Positions 19,647-30,700 of a stretch of DNA of 64,000 nt are shown here, in pieces. The notes beneath the pieces were generated by a model. The model had not been told where the DNA came from and made no database searches. It was given only the letters and a program-made list of their open reading frames with translations. This DNA comes from Pseudochelatococcus sp. (GTDB lineage: Bacteria; Pseudomonadota; Alphaproteobacteria; Rhizobiales; Beijerinckiaceae). The stretch spans positions 71,443 to 135,442 of the forward strand of contig NZ_JBMNUS010000013.1 in the NCBI RefSeq assembly GCF_050946405.1, read 5' to 3'. Within the stretch, counting starts at the first letter, position 1; every line of letters begins with the position of its first letter. A program made the translations under genes and the position numbers.

Positions 19647-20207
19647 TTGCATTATAGGGGTGCCATGGTTTCCTTGGCATGGCTCCTCCTGACCTACAAG
19701 GTCCCCCCCGATCCCGCCGCGCGGCGGGTCGCGCTCTGGCGCAAGCTGAAGGGCATGGGCGCGGTCTATCTGCAAAACGGCGTCTGCCTGCTGCCGAAGA
19801 CCGACGATCACGCCCGCCGCCTGAAGATGATCGGGAACGACGTCGCCGAAATGGGCGGCGAGGCGGTCATTCTCGAAACCGTGGCGCTGGATCGCGGGCA
19901 GGAGGAAAAGGTCGTCGCGCGATTCAGGGCCGACCGCGACGAGCAATACCGGGAGTTCCTCGGGCGCTGCGCCGATTTCGAGGCGGAAATCGCCAAGGAA
20001 ATCGCCATCGGGAAATTCACCTACGCCGAGCTGGAGGAAGAGGACACCGACCTGAAGAAGCTTCAGGGGTGGCTGGAGAAGATCAGGAAGCTCGACTTCT
20101 ACGGCGCGCTGCTGGCGGAGGAAGCCGCCTCTCGCCTGCGAGCCTGCGAGGCGGTGCTCGAAAGCTATGCGCAGCGCGTCTTCGACGCCCATGACGAGAA
20201 CCGGTAG
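19647..20207 (+). CDS. ChrB N-terminal-domain protein (chromate-resistance regulator-like)
   Basis: WLLLTYKVPPDPAARRVALWRKLKGMGAVYLQNGVCLLPK matches my recollection of the ChrB_N family. An alternative start is the Met at 19665. Confidence 0.65.
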   Translation: MHYRGAMVSLAWLLLTYKVPPDPAARRVALWRKLKGMGAVYLQNGVCLLPKTDDHARRLKMIGNDVAEMGGEAVILETVALDRGQEEKVVARFRADRDEQYREFLGRCADFEAEIAKEIAIGKFTYAELEEEDTDLKKLQGWLEKIRKLDFYGALLAEEAASRLRACEAVLESYAQRVFDAHDENR

Positions 20208-20208
20208 T

Positions 20209-21429
20209 ATGGGCATTTTCAGGCGCGACGACGAGATGAAGGCATCGGCCGGCCGGCGCGGCATTCCCGCGGGCGTCTGGGCGCTCGGCTTTGTCTCCAT
20301 GCTGATGGATATCTCCTCCGAGATGATCCATGCGTTGCTGCCGGTCTACATGGTGGCGGTGCTCGGCACCTCCATGCTGACCGTCGGCATCATCGAAGGC
20401 ATCGCGGAGGCGACGGCCGCGATCACCAGGATCTTCTCCGGCGCGCTCAGCGACCGGCTCGGCCGGCGCAAGTTCCTCGCCGCGCTGGGCTACGGCCTCG
20501 CGGCCTTCACCAAGCCGATCTTTCCGCTGGCGCCGTCGATCGGCTGGCTCGTCGCCGCCCGTTTCATCGACCGCGTCGGCAAGGGCATTCGCGGGGCGCC
20601 GCGCGATGCGCTGGTCGCGGACATCGCGCCGCCCGAACTGCGCGGCGCGAGCTTCGGCCTGCGCCAGTCGCTCGACACGGTCGGCGCGTTCATCGGCCCG
20701 CTGCTCGCCATCGGCCTGATGTGGCTGACGGCGGATCATTTCCGGACGGTGTTCTGGATCGCGGTGATTCCGGCTTTCCTGTCGCTTGCCGTCATCCTCT
20801 TCGCGGTGAAGGAGCCGGAGCGGCCGCAGGAGCTGCGCCGCGTCCGCATGCCGCTGCGGCGCGAGGAACTGCGCCGCCTTGGCGCGGGCTACTGGCGGGT
20901 GGTCGCCGTCGCCGCCGTCTTCACGCTCGCCCGCTTCAGCGAGGCTTTCCTGATCCTGAAGGCGCAGTCCATCGGGCTGCCGCTGGCTCTCGTGCCGGTC
21001 GTTCTCGTCCTCATGAGCCTGGCCTATTCGTTGTCCGCCTATCCGGCGGGCGTGCTGTCGGACAGGATGGACCGGACGGCGATCCTGATCTGCGGCCTCG
21101 GCCTGCTCATCCTGGCCGATCTGGTGCTTGCCTTCGCCGGCGGGCTTGTCGGCCTGGGGATCGGCGTCGTGCTGTGGGGCCTGCACATGGGGCTGTCGCA
21201 GGGCATCCTGGCCACGCTCGTCGCGGATACGGCGCCGGCGGAACTGCGCGGGACGGCGTTCGGCATGTTCAATCTCGTGACCGGGTTCGCGCTGCTGGCC
21301 GCGAGCGTCATTGCGGGCGGTCTGTGGGATCTCGCCGGGCCGCGCGGCACGTTCCTCACCGGCGCGGCTTTCGCCACGCTGACGGTGGCGGGGCTGGCGA
21401 CATTGCGGCATCGGCGAGGCTCTCGCTGA
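20209..21429 (+). CDS. MFS transporter
   Basis: About 12 hydrophobic segments, and an MFS loop motif GALSDRLGRRKF. The ATG lies 1 nt after the ChrB-like stop codon. Confidence 0.8.
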   Translation: MGIFRRDDEMKASAGRRGIPAGVWALGFVSMLMDISSEMIHALLPVYMVAVLGTSMLTVGIIEGIAEATAAITRIFSGALSDRLGRRKFLAALGYGLAAFTKPIFPLAPSIGWLVAARFIDRVGKGIRGAPRDALVADIAPPELRGASFGLRQSLDTVGAFIGPLLAIGLMWLTADHFRTVFWIAVIPAFLSLAVILFAVKEPERPQELRRVRMPLRREELRRLGAGYWRVVAVAAVFTLARFSEAFLILKAQSIGLPLALVPVVLVLMSLAYSLSAYPAGVLSDRMDRTAILICGLGLLILADLVLAFAGGLVGLGIGVVLWGLHMGLSQGILATLVADTAPAELRGTAFGMFNLVTGFALLAASVIAGGLWDLAGPRGTFLTGAAFATLTVAGLATLRHRRGSR

Positions 21430-21557
21430 AGCCGTGCCGGGGCGCAAGAAATGTCGCATTCTGGCGGCGGCCGCCGCCGCCGACCGTGCGGATATCGGAT
21501 GGAATCGACACGGCCATGCCGTTCAGCGCCGGCACGGAGCGCGTTAACGCTCCTGAA

Positions 21558-21663
21558 ATTTCACGCATTTTCACGGATATTCAAGAGGTGCCTCATCAAT
21601 GGGCAGAGACTGCCTAATGGGTAGTCACATCGGCAAAAATTGCATGATAACGACAAAAATTGC
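21558..21663 (+). promoter_or_regulatory. Low-GC upstream region of the megasynthase gene with two pairs of direct repeats (candidate operator/promoter)
   Basis: ATTTCACG occurs at 21558 and 21568 (10-bp phasing). CAAAAATTGC occurs at 21634 and 21654 (20-bp phasing). This is the only AT-rich patch between the MFS gene and the FAAL domain. Confidence 0.3.
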
Positions 21664-21711
21664 GTCGCGGGGAGAGGCGGGCGCTTGCGTCGTCATCTCC
21701 CATATCGTTAC

Positions 21712-24700
21712 ATGTCGGCGACAATCAGGCAGACTTTCCCCTCCCGATCGGATCAGCCGTTCATGTGCTCGTTCAAAGCGCCGTCGACGCTCAATGACGC
21801 CCTTGTCTCAAATGCGGGCGTGTCGGAGATCGGAGTTGCGGGCATTGGCGATCCGCCGCGCGGCGTGACCTTTTTCGGGGCCGACCGCCAGCTCACGCAT
21901 GTTTCCTACGCGCAGTTGCTCGACCGCTCCCGCCGCTGGCTGTGGCATCTGACGCAGGGCGGCGTCCGCCCCGGCGACGAGGTGCTGATCGTCACCGACG
22001 ACCTGCCGCTGTTCACGACGGTTTTCTGGGCCTGCGTGCTCGGCGGCATCGTCGCCGTGCCGGTCTCGACACCCACGAACGACGAGGGGGCGCTCAAGAT
22101 CGCGCGTATCCGGGGCGTTCTGCGGCGTCCGTGGATCGTCTCGGACGCGCGGGTGCATGCTCGCCTCGCCGCCGTCGCGGACGGGATCGCGCCGGAACGC
22201 ACGGCGTGCGCCGGCGAGCGCTCGATCGCGGTTCCCGGCGTCGTGCTCGATTGTCCGGCGGCGCCGGTGGCATCCGTGGCGGCGTCGGATGTGGCCTTCA
22301 TCCAGTTTTCCTCCGGCTCGACGGGCGCGCCGAAGGGCGTGATCGTCACCCACGCCAACCTGATCGCCAATTGCACGGCCATTCTCAAGGGCATCCTTGC
22401 GAACGCGCCCGGTGAAAACGGAGAAGCCGCGCGCCTGTTGAGCTGGATGCCGCTGACGCATGACTTCGGCCTCATCTGGTTCCACATCCTGCCGACCGTC
22501 TTCGGGCTGGATCACGGCCTCGTCCCGACGAAGCTCTTCGTGCGCAACCCGCTGGTGTGGATGCAGGCGGCCTCCGACATGAAGGCGAGCGTGCTCGGCG
22601 GGCCGAATTTCTCTTACCGGCATTTCCTCAAGCATTTCGATGCCGGCAAGCCGCGCGACTGGGATCTGTCGCCGGTCCGCGTCATCGCCAACGGCGCGGA
22701 GCCCATCTCCTGCGAACTGGCGGAGGAGTTCACCGCGGCGCTCGCGCCTTGCGGACTCGATCGCGGGGCGATGACCGCCGCCTACGGGCTGGCGGAAGGC
22801 ACGCTGGTGGTGAGCATGGCGCAGCCCGGCGCGGGGCTCGGCCGGATTTCCGTCGACCGCAACCGCGTCAATCCCGGCGAGCGCGTCGCGCCGCTGGATG
22901 AAGGCGATGACGCCGCGGTGAGTTTCGCGGATGTCGGGACGCCGCTGGATTGCGTGTCGCTGCGCGTTGTCGACGAGGCGGGGCTGCCCTGCGCCGACGA
23001 TGTGGTCGGCCGCTTGCAGATAACCGGCGCGAGCGTGACCGCCGGTTACTACAACGACGACGAGGCGACGCGCGCCGCCTTCACGGCGGACGGCTGGCTG
23101 GATACGGGCGATCTGGGCTTCATGCGCGCCGGGCGTCTCGTCGTCACGGGCCGCCGCAAGGACGTGATCATCGTCAACGGGGTGAACTACTATCCGCAGG
23201 ACATCGAGCGCGTGGCCGGCGAGGCGGAAGGGCTCGACCTCAACATGGTGGTCGCCGGCGCGATCCCGCGCGGGGTTCTCGGCGAGGATCGGGAAGGCGT
23301 CGTGCTGTTCGTGCTGTTCCGGCGCGAGGTGGAGCGGTTCCTCCCGCTCGCCCGCGAGGTGCGCGACCGCGTGCTGCGCGAGATCGGCATTCCCGTCGAT
23401 CGCGTCATTCCGGTGGCCCGCATCGCCAAGACGACGAGCGGCAAGGTGCAGCGCTTTCAGATGGTGGGGCAGTTCGTCGCCGGTGCGTTCGATGAAGCGT
23501 TGCGCGCGCTCGATGCGGCGGATGCGGCCGAGGGCGCCGCGCTGCGCCGGGCGTGGGAGCGGGGCGACGAGGCCGCGCTGGTGGCGGAACTGGCGGCGTG
23601 GGGCGCGCGCATCGTGCCGGGCGGCGCGCTCGATCCGGGCCGGCCGCTCATGGAAAGCGGCTTCACGTCGCTGCGTCTCGTCGAACTGATGCGGCGCATC
23701 GGCCGCGCGCTCTCGCTGGACCTGCCGGTCACGCTCGCCTTCGAACAGCCGACGCTGGCGGCGCTCGCCGGCGCGCTCGTGCGCCTGCGCAGCGCCGATG
23801 CCGCGCCTGCGGAAGCGCCGCGCGCCGCGCCGGCGGCGGAGCGGGCGCGGATCGGCATCACCGGGCTGGCCTGCCGCCTGCCCGGCGGCGTTGAAAGCCC
23901 GGCCGGCTTCTGGCGGCTGCTTGAAGGCGGCGTCGATGCGACGGCGCCGGTCGCGCCCGGCCGCTGGCCGGCTTACGACGCCAGCCTGACCGTGACCGAT
24001 CGCGGCGGCTATCTGGCGGATATCGAAACCTTTCCGGCCCGGTTCTTCAATCTGACGCAGGTGGAGGCCGATGCCGTCGACCCGCAGCAACGGCTGCTGC
24101 TCATGACGGCCTGGGAGGCGCTGGAGCACGCGGGGATCGATCCGCTGTCGCTGAAGGGATCGCGCACCGGCGTGTTCGTGGGCATCAGCCCCGGCGATTA
24201 CGTGCAGGCGCAGGCGCGCGCCGGCCGGCTCGACGCCATCGGCCCGCATGCGTTTCTCGGCAGCGCAACGAGCGTCGCGGCCGGGCGCATCGCCTATGTG
24301 CTGGGGCTGGAGGGGCCGGCGCTGGCCGTCGACACGGCCTGTTCGTCGGCGCTCGCGGCGCTCCATCTCGCGGTGCGGGCGCTGCGGGCCGGCGAGTGCG
24401 ACCGCGCGCTGGTGGCGGGCGTCAATCTCATCCTCGGCCCCGAGATGCATGTGGGCCTCAGCCGCATGAACGCGCTGTCGCCCGCGGGGCGCTGCCGGGC
24501 TTTCGACGCGGCGGCGGACGGCTACGCGCGCGGCGAGGGCTGCGTCACGCTCGTGCTGGAGCGTCTCGATGCCGGAGATGCGCCACGTCCGCTCGCCCTT
24601 GTGCGCGGCACGGGCCTCAACCACGACGGCGCGTCGAACGGGCTCACCGCGCCCAACGGCGCGGCCCAGCGGGCGGTGATCGCCGCCGCGCTCGCGGATG

Positions 24701-27700
24701 CGGGCCTTGCGCCGGCCGATGTCGACTATGTGGAGGCGCACGGCACCGGCACGCCGCTCGGCGACCCGATCGAGGCGATGGCGCTGGCGGAAGCCTACGG
24801 CGCGGGGCGCGACGGCGAGCTGCGCGTCGGCTCCGTCAAGACCAACATCGGCCATCTGGAGGCCGCCGCCGGTCTTGCCGGCCTCGCCAAGGCGGTGCTC
24901 GCGCTCCGGCATGGCAGCCTGCCGGCCTCGCTGCATTTCGAGACGCCCAATCCGCTGATTCCGTGGCCGCAACTGCCCCTGCGCGTCGTCGACCGCGCCG
25001 AGCCGTGGCCGGCCGTGGCCGGGCGGGTGCGCCGGGCCGGCGTCAGCGCCTTCGGCATGAGCGGCACCAACGCGCATGTCATCATCGAGGAAGCACCGCC
25101 GGCGCCCGTGCCCGCGCATGACGACGCGCGGGCGACGGTGCTGCCGGTTTCCGCGCGCACGCCGGAGGAATGCGCCGCGCTGGCGGAGCGTTACGCGGCC
25201 GCGCTGGAGCGCGCCGACAGCGGCCGCATGCACGATCTGGCCCGCACGGCAGCGTGCGGCCGGGCGGCGATGGCGCATCGGCTGGCGGTGACGGGACGCG
25301 ATCCGGCGGAACTCGCCGCGAAGTTGCGGGCGAAGGCCGCCGCCGGGGCTGGCAGGCCCGATGCCGGCGCGCCCGTCGTCTTCCTGCTGCCGGGGCAGGG
25401 GGCGCATGCGCCGGAGGCGGTGCGCGCGCTCCATGCGCGCGAGCGCGTGTTCCGTGAGACGCTGGATGCGGCCGATGCGGCGCTTGAGGGCTTTCTGGAC
25501 CGGCGCCTGACCGATCTCCTGCTGTCGCCGGAGGGCGCGCCGCTTCTGGGGCGCACGGCCTACAACCAGCCGGCGACGGTGGCGGTGTCGCTGGCGGTGG
25601 CGGCGATGCTGCGGGCGTTCGGCGTGCGGCCCGATGCGGTCATCGGGCATTCGGCCGGCGAGATCGCGGCGGCGGCGCTCGCGGGCATGCTGGATCTGCC
25701 CACGGCGGTGCGGTTCGCGGCGGCGCGCGGCGCGGCCATGCAGGCGCTCGACGGCGGCGCGATGATCGCGGTGCGCGCGCCGGCGCAGACGATCAACGAC
25801 GTGATTGCGCAGACCCTGGCGCGGGTCGAGGGCGTGGGCGTCGCCGCCTGGAACGCGCCGGCGCGCGTCACGCTGTCGGGGCCGCGCGAGGCGGTGGCGC
25901 GGGCGGCCGCCGTCCTGCGCGAGGCAGGCGCGCGCGTGGCAGAGCTGCGCGTGGCGGAGCTGGACGTGTCGCACGCCTTCCACTCGCCGATGATGGACGG
26001 CGCGCTCGCCCCCATCCGCGAACTTGCCGCCGGCCTCACGGTGAGCGCGGCGACGGGGCGCATGATTTCCACGCTGACGGGCGGGCCGGTCGATGCCGGG
26101 GCGCTGCGCGATCCCGCCTATTGGGCGCGGCAGGCGCGCGAGCCGGTGGCCTTTGCCGCCGCCGTGTCGGCGGTGGGGGGCGATGCGCCCGACCGCGTCG
26201 ATCCGGTTCTGATCGATCTTGGCGCGCGGCCGGTGCTGGCGCCGCTCGCGGCGGAGGTGCTGCCGCAGGCGCGCTGCCTCGCCGTCTGCGACGCGCGCCG
26301 GCCCGACGAGCGGCTCATCGAGACGCTGGGCGAACTGTTCGAAGCCGGCCGGCCCGTGGCATGGCCCGCCGTCTTCGCGGAGCGTCCCGGCCGGCTCGCG
26401 GAAGCGCCGACCTATCCCTTCATCGGCAAGACGCGCGTGCTGCCGACGGCCGGTGCGGATTCCCGCGCCGGCGAAGCGCAGGCGGCCGGCCGGGCGGAAG
26501 CGCTGCCCGTGCCCGCGGCGACAGCCCCGGTGGCGGGGCGCGAGGCGGTTGCGCACGTCATCCGCAGCGTCCTGCGCGGCGTCGCCGGGCTCCAGCCGGA
26601 GGAGGTGGCGGGCGATGCGACATGGTTCAGCCTCGGCCTCGATTCGCTGCTGATCGTCCAGCTCCAGCAGGCGCTGGCGCGCGAATACGCCATCGACCTG
26701 CCGCTCGCCGCCGTCATGGAGAACGGCGATACGCTCGACCGGCTCGTGACCCTCGTGGTGGAGCGCCTGCCCCGCGTGGCGCAAGCGCCGGTGGAAGCGC
26801 CCGTTATGGAGACGCCCGCTGCGGCGGCGGCTGGCGGCGAAGGCGTCGAGGGGCTTCTCGCCCGGCAGATCGACGCCATGAGCGCGCTGTTCAGCCAGCA
26901 ACTCGCGTTGCTTCAGGGCGGAGTCCGGCCGGCGGTTTCGACGCCCGCCGCTATCCCGGACGTCGCAGTCGCCGGGCCGGCCCCGGCCGCGCCGAAACGC
27001 GAGATCAAGGGCCTGTTCAAGGCGCTGCCGGCGCGCAGGGAGCAGGCGAATCCGGCGCAGGAGGCGCATGTGCGCCGCCTTGCCGCCGCCTTCAACGCCC
27101 GCACGCGCTCCTCGAAGGAGCATACGGCTGCCTATCGTGGCGTCTACGCCAACCCGCGCGCCGTGATCGGCTTCCGCCCCGAGTGGAAGGAGCTGAACTA
27201 CCCCCTGCATGTGGAGCGGGCGGAAGGGCCGTATGTGTGGGATATCGACGGCCATCGTTATGTCGACATCACCATGGGTTTCGGCGTGACGCTGTTTGGC
27301 CACAACCCGCCCTTCGTGCGCGAGGCGCTGGCGGCGGAGCTTGCCGCCGGCTTTCCCGTCGGCCCGCAGAGCGCGCGGGCCGGGCGGGTCGCCGCCATGA
27401 TCAGCGCCATGACCGGCGTGGAGCGGGTGGCGCTGTTCACCACCGGCAGCGAGGCCGTCATGGTCGCGCTGCGGCTGGCGCGCGCGAAAACCGGCCGGCG
27501 CAAGATCGTGACCTTCGTCAATTCCTATCACGGCACGTTCGACGGCGTGCTGGCGGTGGGCTGGACCGAGGGCGCGCGCGTGACGACCATGCCCGTGAGC
27601 GAAGGTACGCCGCAAGGCATGGTCGATGACGTGATCGTGCTGCGCTACGGCGATCCGGCCGCGCTCGACGTCATCCGCCAGCACCTCGCCGAACTGGCGG

Positions 27701-30700
27701 CCGTGGTGGTGGAGCCGGTGCAGAGCCGCGACCCGGCGGTGCAGCCGCGCGCCTTCCTGCACGAGTTGCGGGCGCTGACGGCGCAGGCGGGCGTCGCGCT
27801 CGTTTTCGACGAGACGATCACCGGCTTTCGCGTGCATCCCGGCGGGGCGCAACGCCATTTCGGCATCGAGGCCGATATCGTCACCTACGGCAAGGTCGTC
27901 GGCGGCGGCATGCCGATCGGCGTCGTCTCGGGAAGGCGGCATTATCTCGACGGCGTCGACGGCGGCGACTGGCAGTATGGCGACGATTCCGTTCCTTCCG
28001 CCCGCACCGCCTTCGTGGCCGGCACCTTCAACAACCATCCCCTGACGGCGGCGGCGGCGGAGGCGGTGCTGAAGCACCTCGCCGCCGAGGGGCCGCAGTT
28101 GCAGGAGCGGCTGAACGCCCGCACCGCCGCGATGTGCGCCGAGCTAGACGCCCTGTTCGCGGCCGAGGACGTGCCCGTCCGCATGGCGCATTTCAGCTCG
28201 CTGTTCCGTTTCGAGTTCGCCGGCGACACCGAGATCCTCAACTATCACCTGCTCAACAACGGCGTTTTCGTCTGGGAGGGGCGCAACTGCTTCCTCTCCA
28301 CCGCCCACAGCGACGACGACATCCGCTTCATCGTCGAGGCGGTGCGCAAGGGCATCGCGGAGATGCGGGCCGGCGGATGGCTGCCGCCGTCGCCGGGCCG
28401 CGCCGCGCCCGAGGCGCGCCAAGAGCATGGTGCGCGCGAGGAGGCAGGACCGGCGCCGCTCGGCCGGGGGCAGGGCGAGATGCTGGCGCTGCTCGAAGCG
28501 CGGCCGGAGGCGACGCTCGCCTATAACGAGATGGTGGCCTTCGCGCTCGACGGCCCGCTCGACCGGGAGGCGCTGCGCCGCGCCTTCGCCGGGCTCGTGC
28601 GGCGCCACGAGGCGCTGCGTTGCGCGGGCATCGACGAGACCGGCTGGCGCGCGGCGGCTCTTCCGCCCGCCGACCTGCCGGCGGAAGAGCCGGCCGAAGA
28701 AGGAGCGGTGATGGCGCGCCTGGCGCGCGAACTCGAAACGCCGTTCGATCTGCAACGCGGGCCGCTCATGCGCGCGCTGCTGCTGCGCCTTGCGCCGCAG
28801 CGGCATGTGGTGGCTTTCACCGTGCATCACATCGTCGCCGACGGCTGGTCGCTCGGCCTGATGGCGGGCGAACTCGCGGCGCTTTACGCCGCCGAACGGG
28901 CCGGCGTGGCGGCGGCGCTGCCGCCGGCCGAATCGTTCCGCGCCTTCGTCGCCTGGACGCAGGGCTTGGACGGCGGCGCGTCTCCGATGGCGGAAGACAG
29001 CGCGCCCGTCGTCCTGCCGGCCGCCGATTTCCCGCATCGCGCGTCCTTCCGCGGCGGGCGCGTCCACCGCCGCCTGTCGGCGGGCGGGCGGGAAGGCGAA
29101 GGCGTGTTCGATGCCGCGAGGCGTTTCGCGCGCGCGCATGACACAAGCCCGTTCACGGTGCTGCTCGCGGCCTATGCGCTGCTGCTCGGCCGCCTGTCGG
29201 ACCAGCGCCGGCTGACCATCGGCATTCCCGTCGCCGGCCATACGGAGGCCGGCTTGCCGGTGATGGTGGGGCAGGCGTCGGCGGTGCTGCCGCTGACGCT
29301 GGAACTCGATCCGCAAGCGGATTTCGCAGCCCTCGTTGCCCATGTGAAGGCGGCGCTGGCCGATGCCCGGCACGGCGTCGGCGGGCTCTTCACCGCGCAG
29401 GGCGGGCGGGGCACCGATGTCAACGTGCTGTTCAACCTCGACCGCGGTTTCCGGCTCGATTTCGAGGGATTGGGGCTGACGTGGATATCGCCTCCGGTCA
29501 GCCGGCCGAAAAAGGACCTGTTCCTCAACGTGCTGGAGCTGAACGGCGAAGCGCTGCTCGATCTCGATCATGACGGTGCGCTGGGCGATTCCGCCACGGC
29601 GGAGCGCTGGCTCGATTCCTTCCTGTCGCTGCTCGCCGAGGGGCTGCGCGCGCCCGCGACGCCGATCGCGCGCCTGCCGCTCTCCGCCGCTGACCGGGCG
29701 GCACAGGCGGATGATGTGCGCACGCGCGACGGCTTCGGCGCGCCGGCCGCCATCGGCACGGTCGCGCCGGTGGAGGCGCGCGACGATGCGGGGCTTTGGG
29801 CCGACACGGGGCGGCTCGGCCGGCTGCGGGCGGATGGCGGCGTCGAGGTGCTGGGCGAGGCGCGGCGTTTCCTGCGCACGCGCGGCGGCTGGCTCGATCT
29901 CGACCTTCCGGCGCGGGTGCTGCGGGAACACCCGGCGCTGGCCGATGCCGCCGTGATCGCGGAATCCGGCGGGCTGACCGCCTTCGTGACGCCGCGCGCG
30001 GGCGGGCAGGTCGACGGGCAGGCGCTCGCCGCCTATGCGGCGCTGCGGCTGCCGCCCGAGGCGCGGCCGGCCGCCTTCGTCGTGACGGATATCGCGCGCG
30101 ATGCCGGGGGGCGCGCCCTCCTGCGCGCCGATCACGGCGAGCGTCTCGCCACGCGCGCCCTCACGCCCGCCCGCACCGATGCGGAGAAGGCGGTCGCGGC
30201 GATCTGGGCCGAGGTTCTCGGGCTGGAGGAAGTCGGCGTCCTCGACAGCTTCTTCGACCTCGGCGGTCACAGCCTCAAGGCGCTCGCCATCCTCGCGCGC
30301 GTCGAGGCGCGGCTCGGGCGCACCGTGCGGCTGCGCGCCTTCTTCGAGGAGCCGACCGTGGCGGGGCTCGCGTCACGTCTGGGCGCGGGCGAGGCGCATG
30401 CCGTCATTCCGACCGCGGCACCGGCGGCGCATTATCCGGCGTCGAACGCGCAGGCGCGGCTGTGGATGCTCGACCGGATCGATCCCGGCCTTGCCGCCTA
30501 CAACATCGGCTTTTCGCTGCGCAGCGCCGCGCCTCTCGACGAAACCGCGCTGCGGATCGCGCTGGCGGGCCTCGCCGGGCGGCACGAGAGCCTGCGCACG
30601 GCGCTCATCGACCATGACGGCCTGCCGCGCCAGACGATCCTGCCCGCGTTGCAGCCCGAGCTGCGCATCGAGGATGCGGTGGGCGCGGACGCGGCGGCGC

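Noticed and set aside
21463-21478. 16-bp palindrome ggcggcggccgccgcc after the MFS gene, considered as a possible terminator or operator.
   Set aside because: It has no loop and no T-tract. It is a simple GC trinucleotide low-complexity sequence, which is expected by chance in this composition.
21640-21711. The ORF-track start of the megasynthase at 21640.
   Set aside because: The codon at 21640 is TTG. It sits inside the AT-rich direct-repeat (likely promoter) region and adds about 24-40 residues with no similarity to FAAL N-termini. The ATGs at 21712 or 21763 are more plausible. This cannot be settled without TSS or proteomic data.
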